Assembly (NCBI GenBank): GCA_965658655.1
Contig: CBFHTA010000001.1
Location: 264,722-328,721, forward strand
From: Candidatus Babelota bacterium
GTDB lineage: Bacteria > Babelota > Babeliae > Babelales > CAIQNR01
Direction: 5' to 3'
DNA length: 64,000 bases
The translations under genes and the position numbers were made by a program. Each line of letters starts with the position of its first letter. Within the stretch, counting starts at the first letter, position 1. The notes under the pieces are model-generated. The model had not been told where the DNA came from. It ran no database searches and saw only the letters and a program-made list of their open reading frames with translations. Shown in pieces: positions 1-10,070 of the stretch.

Positions 1-111
1 GTCTTTGGTCATTCTTCTGATGCCACCAAAACGAGATGTTTTTGCTTCCATTGATCCTAATGAAAGTAGTAGTAAGGCGGAAAGTGCAATAGTTCCTTTA
101 GTACGCTTCAT
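1..111 (-). CDS. 5' end of a secreted hypothetical protein (runs off the window)
   Basis: Manual translation MKRTKGTIALSALLLLSLGSMEAKTSRFGG...; AAGGAG Shine-Dalgarno upstream of ATG at 111; signal-peptide-like N-terminus. Confidence 0.75.
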   Translation of the reverse strand, partial: MKRTKGTIALSALLLLSLGSMEAKTSRFGGIRRMTKD

Positions 112-252
112 ACGTATCTCCTTTAAATAGATTACAAGTTTCCTTTAAGAAAACGGTATCATACTTGTTTATGTCTGTAAAATACAAGAAAAAATACAAA
201 CATAACTAAAGACGATAACATAAAAAGAGCACTTTATGGCAAGGATATGTAA

Positions 253-981
253 ATGATTATCTATGAAAATCTTTCTTTTACTCTTTACTTTGGCGATCAG
301 GCACAGCAGATTGAACCGAGTAAATGTAAATCTTTAACAAGCAGTTCTTTATTTTCTCAAGATCCCTTTGGACTATTAGAAAAAAGGTTGAATGTCTCTG
401 TACTTACTTTTTTGCATCAGGTACATAAGGCAGATGGCAAAATTGTTAAAAGTAAAAAATCTATAGAAGATGTCCCGTTATTTTTTGAAGAAGGGGATTA
501 TCTTGCAACTAATCAATCTACTGTAGGGTTAGGTATTGTAACAGCAGACTGCTTACCCATTGTGTTTTTTGATAGGTTGCATAAGGTAGTAGCTATTGCT
601 CACGCAGGTTGGAGAGGTTCGATTGCAGGCATTGCTATAAAAGTAATGAAAGATCTAGAAACGTATTTTTTTACTCAAAAAAAAGATGTAACAGTTTTTT
701 TTGGCCCAGCAGCAAAAAATTGTTGTTATCAGGTTGATGAACCATTTTTAGAAAAAATAGGATCAGGTTATTCTGTTGAGAAAGCGCTTTCTCAAAAAAA
801 TAATCACTATTATTTTGATTCAGCTTTATACAATGCACAAGAACTCATTTCGTTTGGATTTTCAGAGCAGCAACTTGTATTTGATTATAATGTATGTACC
901 ATATGCAACGATAATTTTTGTTCGTATCGTCGTCAGGGAGGCTTAAGCACACGGCAGATTACGGTGGTTTCATTGAAATAG
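253..981 (+). CDS. pgeF: PgeF/YfiH family purine nucleoside phosphorylase (peptidoglycan editing factor)
   Basis: QVH, TADCLPI, HAGWRG, GP..CCYQV and CTIC...SYRR motifs. Confidence 0.93.
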   Translation: MIIYENLSFTLYFGDQAQQIEPSKCKSLTSSSLFSQDPFGLLEKRLNVSVLTFLHQVHKADGKIVKSKKSIEDVPLFFEEGDYLATNQSTVGLGIVTADCLPIVFFDRLHKVVAIAHAGWRGSIAGIAIKVMKDLETYFFTQKKDVTVFFGPAAKNCCYQVDEPFLEKIGSGYSVEKALSQKNNHYYFDSALYNAQELISFGFSEQQLVFDYNVCTICNDNFCSYRRQGGLSTRQITVVSLK

Positions 982-1041
982 TAGTCATCGTAGTCTACAC
1001 TGTCAGGATACATTCGAATGAGAAATAAAGGATAAAAATAG

Positions 1042-3582
1042 ATGATTACCAATATTATTGCCAAAGTCATGGGTACTCAAAATGATAGGGAGCTGAAAAA
1101 GCTACAGCCCCTGGTTGATCAGATTAATAATTTTGAGCCTACAATAAGCGCATTACGCGATGAAGATCTTGCCCATAAAACAAATGAATTTAGAGAGCGT
1201 TTAAGTAAAGATGAAACGCTTGACGATATTCTGCCAGAAGCATTTGCTGTTGTTCGTGAAGCAGCAAAAAGAAAACTTGGCCAGCGTCATTTTGATGTTC
1301 AGTTAATGGGTGGCATAGTATTGCATCAGGGTAAAATCGCAGAAATGAAAACCGGTGAAGGTAAAACATTAACTGCAACATTGCCTCTCTATTTAAATGG
1401 TTTGACTGGAAAAGGAGCTTTCCTTATTACGGTTAATGATTATCTTGCTCGTCGTGATGCTGATTGGATGCGTCCTATTCTAGAGTTTCTAGGATTAACT
1501 GTTGATATTGTTCAACACGATATGAGTGATGAGGATCGTAAAAAAGCTTACGAGGCAGATGTTATTTACGGAACTAATAATGAATTAGGTTTTGATTATC
1601 TTCGAGATAATATGAAGTTTCGCTTAGAAGACTATGTGCAGAATACTTTACCGTTTGCCATTGTTGATGAAGTTGATTCTATTTTGATTGATGAAGCCCG
1701 TACTCCTTTAATTATTTCTGGTTCTTCTGAGCAAGGGGCAAAGCTGTATGAAGCTGCTAATAATGCAGTTAAAAATTTACAGAAAGAAGTTGATTATGAG
1801 GTAGATGAAAAACAAAAAAGTGTATTGTTGACCGAAGCAGGGACCGACAAAGTTGAGGCCTCTTTTGGTGTAGACAACATGTATGCTATTGAAAATTTAA
1901 ATATTCTTCATCATGTTAACCAAGCTTTGCGTGCACATACTTTATTCCGTAAAGATGTTGAGTATATGGTACGAGACAATCAGGTCTTGATTGTTGATGA
2001 ATTTACTGGCCGTGTATTGAGTGGCCGTCGATATAGTGATGGGCTGCATCAAGCGCTAGAAATGAAAGAAGGCGTTGCGGTTGAAAAAGAAAGCCAAACA
2101 CTTGCATCTATTACACTTCAGAATTTTTTCAGATTATTTGGAAAACTTTCAGGTATGACTGGTACGGCAATGACCGAGTCGGAAGAATTTCATAACATTT
2201 ATAAATTAGATGTTGTAGCGATTCCAACTAATAGAACTTTGTTAAGAAAAGATAAGCAAGATCTTATCTTCTTAACAGAAGCAGGAAAGTTTAAGGCAAT
2301 TGTTGAAGACATTCGAGAACGTCATAAAAAAGGTCAGCCAGTTTTAATTGGTACTATTGCGGTTGAAACTTCAGAGCGCTTGAGCCAGGTTTTGCGAGCA
2401 GAAGGGATTCCTCATGAAGTTTTAAATGCAAAACAGCATGAGCGAGAAGCAGAAATTGTTGCACATGCTGGTGAGCCGGGACACATTACGATTGCAACCA
2501 ATATGGCTGGTCGTGGTACTGATATTAAATTGTCACCACAATCTTTAGAGGCTGGCGGATTGTATATTTTAGGAACCGAGCGTCATGAATCTCGTCGAAT
2601 TGATAATCAATTGCGTGGTCGTTCTGGTCGTCAGGGAGATCCTGGAGAATCTCGTTTTTATATTTCATTAGAAGACGAGTTAATACGTGTCTTTGGTGGT
2701 GGAAACTTCGACCTGCGTGACCGAATGAGGTATGCAGGGATGACTGATGATGAGGCAATTGAATCATCTTGGGTATCTGGAAGTATTGAGAGTTCACAAG
2801 AAAAAGTTGAGAAGCATAACTTTGACATTCGTAAACATTTGCTTGAGTACGATGATGTTATGAACCAACATAGAAAAGTTATTTACACATATCGTCGCGA
2901 TATACTTGAGGGTGCAGAACAAATACATGAGCTTGTGCGTGATATGATTATTACGGGTGTTCAAGATGCATTTGCATATATGGTTCCAGACCGTTCTCTT
3001 AATCAAAAGCAAATAGATGAATTATATGAGTTCTTATCTAGAATGACTCATTTAGAAAAATCACTTTTTGAGAAACAACAGTTTAATCTTTCAAATAGTG
3101 ACATTTTGAAAAAAGATATTATTAACTTCTTGCTTGCACAATATGCTTTGTACCGTCAAGGGCAAGAAGAAGAGAAAATTAGTGAAGCAGAGAAATGGGT
3201 TATGCTTGAGACTGTAGATCATGCTTGGAAGCAACATATGTTAAACCTTGATCATTTAAAAGAAGGTATTAATTTACGTAGTTGGGGGCAAAAAAATCCA
3301 TTGATCGAGTATAAACGAGAAGCCTTTCAAATGTTCGAGGAAATGATGGGGCAAATTCGTTGGGAAATTGTTCACAGAATTTTTCATTTAAATACCGCAC
3401 GCTTTAATACGGAAGAAATTGAACGTAAACGCCAAGAAGAGCTTGATGCTCTTCAGATGACTGGTGGCCAGGAGAATAGCTCTGGAGAGCGCGAACCAGT
3501 TCTTCGTGATGAGCCTCGTATTGGGCGGAATGATCCCTGTCCATGTGGGTCGGGTAAAAAACATAAAAAGTGCTGCGGCTAA
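1042..3582 (+). CDS. secA: Preprotein translocase subunit SecA
   Basis: MKTGEGKT, DEVDSILIDEARTPLIIS, ATNMAGRGTDI, C-terminal SEC-C motif GRNDPCPCGSGKKHKKCC. Confidence 0.99.
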   Translation: MITNIIAKVMGTQNDRELKKLQPLVDQINNFEPTISALRDEDLAHKTNEFRERLSKDETLDDILPEAFAVVREAAKRKLGQRHFDVQLMGGIVLHQGKIAEMKTGEGKTLTATLPLYLNGLTGKGAFLITVNDYLARRDADWMRPILEFLGLTVDIVQHDMSDEDRKKAYEADVIYGTNNELGFDYLRDNMKFRLEDYVQNTLPFAIVDEVDSILIDEARTPLIISGSSEQGAKLYEAANNAVKNLQKEVDYEVDEKQKSVLLTEAGTDKVEASFGVDNMYAIENLNILHHVNQALRAHTLFRKDVEYMVRDNQVLIVDEFTGRVLSGRRYSDGLHQALEMKEGVAVEKESQTLASITLQNFFRLFGKLSGMTGTAMTESEEFHNIYKLDVVAIPTNRTLLRKDKQDLIFLTEAGKFKAIVEDIRERHKKGQPVLIGTIAVETSERLSQVLRAEGIPHEVLNAKQHEREAEIVAHAGEPGHITIATNMAGRGTDIKLSPQSLEAGGLYILGTERHESRRIDNQLRGRSGRQGDPGESRFYISLEDELIRVFGGGNFDLRDRMRYAGMTDDEAIESSWVSGSIESSQEKVEKHNFDIRKHLLEYDDVMNQHRKVIYTYRRDILEGAEQIHELVRDMIITGVQDAFAYMVPDRSLNQKQIDELYEFLSRMTHLEKSLFEKQQFNLSNSDILKKDIINFLLAQYALYRQGQEEEKISEAEKWVMLETVDHAWKQHMLNLDHLKEGINLRSWGQKNPLIEYKREAFQMFEEMMGQIRWEIVHRIFHLNTARFNTEEIERKRQEELDALQMTGGQENSSGEREPVLRDEPRIGRNDPCPCGSGKKHKKCCG

Positions 3583-3594
3583 CACTGGATTGTA

Positions 3595-4596
3595 ATGAAG
3601 CAAAAAACAATTTTAGTAACCGGCGGAGCGGGCTACATTGGTTCGCATACCGCTTGGTTGTTATCCCAAAAAAAATATCAAATAATTATTCTTGATACGC
3701 TTTATCAAAATCAACCGTTCAACCATTCCTGGGCAACCCTCATTAAAGGTGATTTTGGAGATAAAGCATTGCTCGAAAAGATTTTCACCGAGTATAGCAT
3801 TAGTGCCGTAATGCATTTTGGAGCTTATCTCGCTGTAGGCGAGTCGGTAAAGCATCCTCTTGAGTATTATCAAAATAATGTGGTTAAAACGCGTACATTG
3901 CTCGACACTATGATTAAACACAACATATTAAAGTTTGTTTTTTCTTCTAGTTGCGCAGTGTATGGATACCCACAAACGTTACCGTTAACAGAAGAACATT
4001 CACGCAATCCTATTAATCCTTATGGTAAAACAAAGTATGTAGTTGAGCTCATGCTCGAAGACTGTGCTCAAGCGTATGGGTTAAATTATGTAAGTTTACG
4101 ATACTTTAATGCAGCTGGTGTTATTCCATATGAGAATTTATATGAATGGCATATTCCAGAAACGCATTTAATTCCACTTGTTTTACGTGCAGCACTAACG
4201 AATAAACCGATCTCTATTTTTGGAACAGACTATAACACACCAGATGGCACTTGTGTGCGTGATTATATTCATGTACAAGATCTAAGCACTGCTCATTATA
4301 AAGCGTTGCAACATGTTGAGTATAACCGTCCTTCCGATGTTTTTAATTTGGGAACCGGGACCGGATACTCAGTACAAGAAATTATTACGGCTGCGCAAGA
4401 GGTAACAGAACAAGAGATTAAAATTACTTATGCCGATCGGCGAGCGGGAGATCCCCCAGTGCTAGTGGCCAATGCTACAAAAGCAGCAAATATTTTACAA
4501 TGGAAACCGCAGTCTTCTGACATGCATACTATTTTAAAAACTGCATGGATAGCGGAGCGCTTTTGTTTTGAGCAAGAAAAAAGGCCTCAACTTTGA
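3595..4596 (+). CDS. galE: UDP-glucose 4-epimerase
   Basis: TGGAGYIGSH, FSSSCAVYG, YGKTK, LRYFNAAG, DGTCVRDYIHV. Confidence 0.96.
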   Translation: MKQKTILVTGGAGYIGSHTAWLLSQKKYQIIILDTLYQNQPFNHSWATLIKGDFGDKALLEKIFTEYSISAVMHFGAYLAVGESVKHPLEYYQNNVVKTRTLLDTMIKHNILKFVFSSSCAVYGYPQTLPLTEEHSRNPINPYGKTKYVVELMLEDCAQAYGLNYVSLRYFNAAGVIPYENLYEWHIPETHLIPLVLRAALTNKPISIFGTDYNTPDGTCVRDYIHVQDLSTAHYKALQHVEYNRPSDVFNLGTGTGYSVQEIITAAQEVTEQEIKITYADRRAGDPPVLVANATKAANILQWKPQSSDMHTILKTAWIAERFCFEQEKRPQL

Positions 4597-4606
4597 GGCC
4601 TTTTTT
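4577..4606. terminator. Bidirectional intrinsic terminator
   Basis: AAAAAAGGCCTCA-actt-TGAGGCCTTTTTT between convergent galE and the Pro-rich gene. Confidence 0.85.
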
Positions 4607-4631
4607 AATTTAAAGCGATAGTGGTTTATGA

Positions 4632-5897
4632 TCAGTTTTCGTCGTCACCATCAAATCTGCTTTTTAAAATCGCTCTTTCTTCTGCTGATAGGCGACCTCT
4701 AATTCCAGCATCTTGTAAAGCGATACCTAAGCAACTGTTAAAAGTTGTAGCGATACCGTCTGCAAATGTTTCATTCATTATCTGTGTAACGCGTGCTCTT
4801 TGATGACCGGTTAGTGTTATGCCGTCTGAAGAACTTGTGTTTCCTCTATTGCCTGCAGGTGGTTCCGGAGGGAGACCGCCTGGGAAAGCATCTGGTGCCG
4901 GAGGAACATTATCATAGTTTGGTGCCGGAGGGAGATCACCTGGTGTACCAGCGCTGTCATCTTCCCAAGGCTCTTCTTGACTATCGTCGCTATTAGAATC
5001 ATATATTATGTCCATTAATCTTTCTTTTTCTTGGTACGCATAATTTCTAAGAACTTCAAGGTCTGCTGGGTTTAGGCCATAACTATCTAAATTAAGATAA
5101 GCACCTGGATTGTCCTGAAGTTCTTCTCTAATCCATTGTTCCCATCTTTGCATTCCAGTTGAATCTAATCGGTCAATAGGTTCAACTGATTCTGCGCCAG
5201 GAGCTTCTCTAACAATTGCAGCTGCTTTGTATGTGTCATGACATGCTTTTAAGTCTCTGCGTGCAAGTTTTGAAACATCATGTCCTGAGTTTCTCAAAAT
5301 TGTTGCAACATCCTCATGCGAGCCTGCCTCAACGCGTTGTCTTATTGTTCTTAGTAGAGCTTCTAGTTTTGTTTTTGAAAGAGGTTTGTTTGATATTGCA
5401 GGTTTACGTGAAGCAGATCCGTCGTGTCCACTAGCCCCAGATGGATGAAGTAGGCGAGCAGGTGGAGGAGGTAGGGTTCCAGTACCAGAGTCACCTTCAG
5501 GTGATGTTGATCTTGCAGGTGTACGTGAAGCAGATCCGTCGTGTCCACTAGCCCCAGATGGATGAAGTAGGTGAGCAGGTGGAGGAGGTAGGGTTCCAGT
5601 ACCAGCGTCACCTGCAGATGATGCTGATCCTGTGGAGGAAGAAGACAATCTTTCGCATGCCTCACTTACACTTTCTCCATATACTTCCTTAAAGCCGCCC
5701 CCTACTCCAGAGTTATCGAGAGTATTGATTGGTTTTTTATATTTTTTAAGGTTCGTACACAGGCTTCTCAGGTTTCTTTCATTTCTTCCTCCTTGATATG
5801 AGGATTTAATTAATTTTTTTGCTTGACTAGATGTTAATCCATACATCGAGAAAGTTGTAGCTGAGAAAGCAAGTAGTATTAAAATTTTATATTTCAT
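4632..5897 (-). CDS. Secreted proline-rich protein, candidate WAVE/WASP-like effector
   Basis: Signal peptide MKYKILILLAFSATTFS, AGGAG RBS, two LPPPP repeats, LLRTIRQRVE / DVATILR / EEPWEDD motifs. Confidence 0.8.
   Translation of the reverse strand: MKYKILILLAFSATTFSMYGLTSSQAKKLIKSSYQGGRNERNLRSLCTNLKKYKKPINTLDNSGVGGGFKEVYGESVSEACERLSSSSTGSASSAGDAGTGTLPPPPAHLLHPSGASGHDGSASRTPARSTSPEGDSGTGTLPPPPARLLHPSGASGHDGSASRKPAISNKPLSKTKLEALLRTIRQRVEAGSHEDVATILRNSGHDVSKLARRDLKACHDTYKAAAIVREAPGAESVEPIDRLDSTGMQRWEQWIREELQDNPGAYLNLDSYGLNPADLEVLRNYAYQEKERLMDIIYDSNSDDSQEEPWEDDSAGTPGDLPPAPNYDNVPPAPDAFPGGLPPEPPAGNRGNTSSSDGITLTGHQRARVTQIMNETFADGIATTFNSCLGIALQDAGIRGRLSAEERAILKSRFDGDDEN
5397..5613. repeat. Intragenic tandem duplication, 117-bp (39-aa) period, two near-identical copies
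   Basis: ...tacgtgaagcagatccgtcgtgtccactagccccagatggatgaagtagg... occurs twice 117 bp apart; encodes GTGTLPPPPAxLLHPSGASGHDGSASR. Confidence 0.95.
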
Positions 5898-5924
5898 AAA
5901 CAATACTCCTGTTTATTTATATTT

Positions 5925-7445
5925 TCAAAAATTGATGAGCAATTTACCGTATACATTCCAACGAGAAATTCCTGCGTTTTGTCTCGAGGTATCAACAGAA
6001 CCACCAACTTCGTAATTTTGAGAAAATTCACCTTCGTTGAAGTAAGCAGCTGAAGCATGGAGTGTACTTAGAATAACGCTTGGATGCGCAGCAGAAACTA
6101 GATTTATGTCACTTTCTTTAATAAAGATATTAGCGTTTGCACCTAGATTTGCTAAATCAAGATTGCGCCCCATTTTACGGTTTGGCATAACTTCTCCAGG
6201 GTTTCCTGCCGGTTCAGACAAGTCTGCAATCATTGGGCCTTCTTTCCATGCGTTAACAAGTTTAACATCTTCTGCTTGGCGGAAGCGATTCATAATCCCT
6301 GCATTAATATTCCAGTTTTTCCCTACTAATGAAACTTGCGTTGCCATTCCCAAAGCAAAACCTGGATTCACCTTAACGTCTTGAGTCATAATGTTAATCC
6401 CGAAGGTTCTTCTGTATGGCACGTCAGCAGTTCCTGCAGCATTACGAGCGGTAGCATTTTCAAACATTGCCAAGTAGCGAGTCCATTGACCGTTGTATAA
6501 ATCAAGGGAGCGTTTTTGTGTGTTTTCAAAAAGATAGTGGCCAGTGAGCGAATTGGTTATCCACCAATTACATGCTTTTGCTTCATGCATGCAGTATTGA
6601 AGCGTATTACCCCAGTCAATACCTGCGTGGTGTCCGTTACCAACCATAGCTTCCCACATATATTCTGCAGTTCTGCGATTACCGGTAGGAATAATAACAC
6701 CTACATATTGGCTTACAAAAAGATCATCTTTGTCAATGGCATTGCGACCAATTCTTATTTTGAGATCAGCCATTCCATCTTTTTTTTGAGTTCCGTCGAT
6801 ACGGCCATATTTTAAACCGGGTTGTCTGAAAGCCTCAAACATATTGGTTTGTGCAAGTAACCTTCTACTTGTGCCTGTTTCGTAAAATGGATTGGCAGTA
6901 GAAGCTCTTTGGTCATCAGCATTTTGTTCAATGATTACTGTTTCTGATAGCCCGACTGATTGCTTAACGTGCACAAAAGGAGCATCAAAGTTTACCCAAT
7001 ATTTTTTGCTGAGTGGGTGGCGATAAGAGATCATAAATCCAAGGGTACTTTGTTTTGGGTCCACTGTAAGCTTAGAGTGGTGAGTGTCTCCTCTTGTTCT
7101 TACATTAAAATCCCTAGCAAGAAGATCTTGGCTTAGGTCTTCTGTGTAACTATCAGGAATATCTTCTTTTACAACAAGCTCTTTTTTGTTGTTGAACAAA
7201 AGGTATTCGCGTAGGTCTTCTCGCCCACTTTGAGTTGTTTTCCCTCCAAAGATAGAGAGAGCGAGTTCGGGCTTTTCTGCCATATGTCCTTTTTCATGCT
7301 CCTGGTTAGTAATAAGTGTATATCCTGTGGTGCTGTAGAGTTCGTAGGTGGGGAAATCAACGAATACACTTTTTCCAGAGATATTTTGTGCATGAGCACA
7401 GGAGTGGAGCAGAATAAGGGCTAAAGCATAAATGCGGTACTTCAT
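5925..7445 (-). CDS. Putative outer-membrane beta-barrel protein
   Basis: Signal peptide ending AHA, amphipathic beta-strand segments, C-terminal WNVYGKLLINF (terminal Phe). Confidence 0.7.
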   Translation of the reverse strand: MKYRIYALALILLHSCAHAQNISGKSVFVDFPTYELYSTTGYTLITNQEHEKGHMAEKPELALSIFGGKTTQSGREDLREYLLFNNKKELVVKEDIPDSYTEDLSQDLLARDFNVRTRGDTHHSKLTVDPKQSTLGFMISYRHPLSKKYWVNFDAPFVHVKQSVGLSETVIIEQNADDQRASTANPFYETGTSRRLLAQTNMFEAFRQPGLKYGRIDGTQKKDGMADLKIRIGRNAIDKDDLFVSQYVGVIIPTGNRRTAEYMWEAMVGNGHHAGIDWGNTLQYCMHEAKACNWWITNSLTGHYLFENTQKRSLDLYNGQWTRYLAMFENATARNAAGTADVPYRRTFGINIMTQDVKVNPGFALGMATQVSLVGKNWNINAGIMNRFRQAEDVKLVNAWKEGPMIADLSEPAGNPGEVMPNRKMGRNLDLANLGANANIFIKESDINLVSAAHPSVILSTLHASAAYFNEGEFSQNYEVGGSVDTSRQNAGISRWNVYGKLLINF

Positions 7446-7668
7446 AGGGGGTTCTCCTTTTTTATGTCCCTATTTATTATTTTGACTATATCTATTATTC
7501 CTACCATGATTTTTTATAAAAATGCAATATTTAATTCTATAGTTTATTAAAGGTATAAGGAGTGTTTAGTGACTCATGTTTCTTTGAGGTTGTTTGGTCC
7601 TCTGAGCAATCCATGGTAGACTTTTGAGATAAAAAGACCGGAAAATTTTCTTACTAGGGTGTGTTATT

Positions 7669-8925
7669 ATGATTTCACGAGTGCGCGGAACGCGGGATAT
7701 TTTTAAAGCTCAAGAGTTTTTAGAAATTTTTAGAATCATCAAAAAACATCTTCATCAGTATCGTTTTCAACAAGTTATATTGCCTTCTATAGAGTCGGTT
7801 GATTTATTTAAACGTGCTTTAGGGCAAGAAACCGATGTGGTTTCTAAGGAAATGTTTGTAGTTTCTTCTTCTTCTGCCGATAAAAAAAAAGAACAGATCT
7901 GCTTGCGTCCTGAGGCAACCGCCCAAATGGTTCGAGCCTTTATTGAGAACGGTGTTCAAGATCTGCCTTGGAAAGTATTTTGTAATGGTTCTATGTTCCG
8001 GTATGAGCGTCCACAAAAAGGTCGGTTTCGTGAGTTTTATCAATGTAGCATGGAGATTATAGGTTCGGCTTCTGTTTCTGAAGACGTGCATTTAATTGCA
8101 ATGCTGGATGCACTTTTTGCACAAAAATTTAATTTTAGTGAGTATGCTTTGCATATTAATTTTCTAGGGTCTCCAGAAGATAGAAAAAACTTTAAAACAA
8201 AATTATACGATTTTCTAAGTGAACATGATTCTGGTATTTGTGCTACTTGCAAAAGACGTAAAGAAGCTAATATTTTACGTGTCTTTGATTGTAAAAATGA
8301 TGATTGTCAAAATGTTTACAACAACGCTCCCATGTTAACAGATCATCTTTCTGAAGAATCTGCTAAAGAGTGGCAGCACGTGCAAGATAGGCTAGAAGAG
8401 CTTTCCGTTTCTTTTGTGCATAATACTAAGTTGGTTCGTGGACTGGATTATTATAATAAGACAATTTTTGAATTTGTAAGTCCACTACTTGGTGCACAAA
8501 GTGCTTTTTGTGGTGGTGGTCGTTACGACTCTCTAGTTTCATTGCTTGGCGGCAAGCAAGACCAACCTGCGATTGGTGCAGCTATTGGAGTAGACCGGTT
8601 ACAATTATTGTTAGAAGCAACGGAATCTGCGTTGCTTGAGCAACAACTTACACCCCTTTATGTTGTAGTACCGCTAGAAAAAGAACAGCATCCAGTTGCA
8701 TTAAAACTTGCTCAATCTCTTTTGAATCAAGATTTTTGTGTAGATGTATTGTTTGAGGGGAAAGTAAAAAGCATGATGCGCAAGGCAAACAAAATGGGTG
8801 CCGAGGCAGTGTTGCTTGTTGGTGGTGATGAACAAAGTAATGGCACTGTTACCTTTAAAGATATGCAGTCTGGCGAATCTCAAACAGTTAAGCAGATTGA
8901 CGTTGCAGGATTGTTAAAGAGGTAG
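7669..8925 (+). CDS. hisS: Histidine--tRNA ligase
   Basis: RGTRD, LRPEATA, FRYERPQKGRFREFYQ, LVRGLDYY, GGGRYD. Confidence 0.98.
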   Translation: MISRVRGTRDIFKAQEFLEIFRIIKKHLHQYRFQQVILPSIESVDLFKRALGQETDVVSKEMFVVSSSSADKKKEQICLRPEATAQMVRAFIENGVQDLPWKVFCNGSMFRYERPQKGRFREFYQCSMEIIGSASVSEDVHLIAMLDALFAQKFNFSEYALHINFLGSPEDRKNFKTKLYDFLSEHDSGICATCKRRKEANILRVFDCKNDDCQNVYNNAPMLTDHLSEESAKEWQHVQDRLEELSVSFVHNTKLVRGLDYYNKTIFEFVSPLLGAQSAFCGGGRYDSLVSLLGGKQDQPAIGAAIGVDRLQLLLEATESALLEQQLTPLYVVVPLEKEQHPVALKLAQSLLNQDFCVDVLFEGKVKSMMRKANKMGAEAVLLVGGDEQSNGTVTFKDMQSGESQTVKQIDVAGLLKR

Positions 8926-8931
8926 GTTTTT

Positions 8932-9705
8932 TTATACCTGTGAACTTTTTTCTATTATTGTTCCATCTGGAGTGGTTGGAAGTACTTTGTCTTTATAAGA
9001 ATAGTATGGCATACCATTGTGTTCGGACCTTTCATATTCTTCTTTAGTATAAGGTTTTAAAAAGCCTTTTGGTATTCGGAATTCTTGTTCGCGGGCGTTA
9101 GGATGTTCTCTTGTTGTTTTAAGTTCTTTTTTTTCTCTTTGGAAGTGTTCAACATATAAGCATTTTTTTGGTATTGCTCCAGCACTAAGCAGATGTGTAA
9201 CTACTTCATCATTGTTTTGTTTATCGAAAACCATACCGAGTGGGGTGAGTATTACACCATCCTTATTTATGCTTCCGTGGTTAAGCTCAGCATTGGCTGC
9301 AATCATGACTTTAACGGTTGATGCCATTAGATTCTGACTTGCTAGTCCAAGTGGAGTGGTTTTATTTTCGTAGGTTTCTCCAGTAAAATACTGACTTTTT
9401 CTTTTTGGTCCTGTTATTCCTTTATTAGGGTCAGCATTGGCTACAATAAGCTGGTTAGCATTTTTGGGATAGTTTTCTAAGCACATTTTCCCAAGTGCGG
9501 TTATGGTTGAATCTTTCTTATACACTGCACACGCGTTAGGATTAGCATTGTTACGCAGAAGTAATTCAATGTAATGAGGATTATCACATGTTATCCCTAG
9601 TAAAGGGTTGATTTCTTCAGAGTGAACTTTTTTAACGCTATTTCCCGTAACAATTGAGTTTATAGAAAGTGATAATGCTAAGAGTAGTGTTAATTTTTGA
9701 TGCAT
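8932..9705 (-). CDS. Secreted ankyrin-repeat protein
   Basis: Signal peptide; TALG/TPLG..A...LL..NA.PN repeats. Confidence 0.8.
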   Translation of the reverse strand: MHQKLTLLLALSLSINSIVTGNSVKKVHSEEINPLLGITCDNPHYIELLLRNNANPNACAVYKKDSTITALGKMCLENYPKNANQLIVANADPNKGITGPKRKSQYFTGETYENKTTPLGLASQNLMASTVKVMIAANAELNHGSINKDGVILTPLGMVFDKQNNDEVVTHLLSAGAIPKKCLYVEHFQREKKELKTTREHPNAREQEFRIPKGFLKPYTKEEYERSEHNGMPYYSYKDKVLPTTPDGTIIEKSSQV

Positions 9706-9713
9706 ATAAATCC

Positions 9714-10070
9714 TTATTCGTAAAATGCGTTGGGAATATAGGTAATATTCGCTGATTGCTTTTCTACAAGTGCAACATCAAAGCGGTATACTTTGGCTAT
9801 AAAGTTATGTTGTGTTAAGAAAGTTTTTGCTGCTAGAATAATTTTTTTTTGTTTTGACCGTGTAATAACTTCTGAAGTGTTAAAATAAACATGCGAACGA
9901 GTTTTGACTTCTACAAAGACAACGAGCTCATTTTTGCAGGCAATAATATCTACTTCGCCACTGCGTACGGTAAAATTACGTTTAAGAATTGAGAATCCAT
10001 TTTCTTCTAGATGGTGTGCAATGCGTGTTTCTCCGGCAGCTCCAATTGCAGCTTTAGAAGAGTGAGACAT
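9714..10070 (-). CDS. yraN: YraN family (UPF0102) protein
   Basis: G..GE..A...L...GF.IL.RN....GEVDII, FVEVKTR, RFDV; start MSHSS at 10070. Confidence 0.93.
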   Translation of the reverse strand: MSHSSKAAIGAAGETRIAHHLEENGFSILKRNFTVRSGEVDIIACKNELVVFVEVKTRSHVYFNTSEVITRSKQKKIILAAKTFLTQHNFIAKVYRFDVALVEKQSANITYIPNAFYE

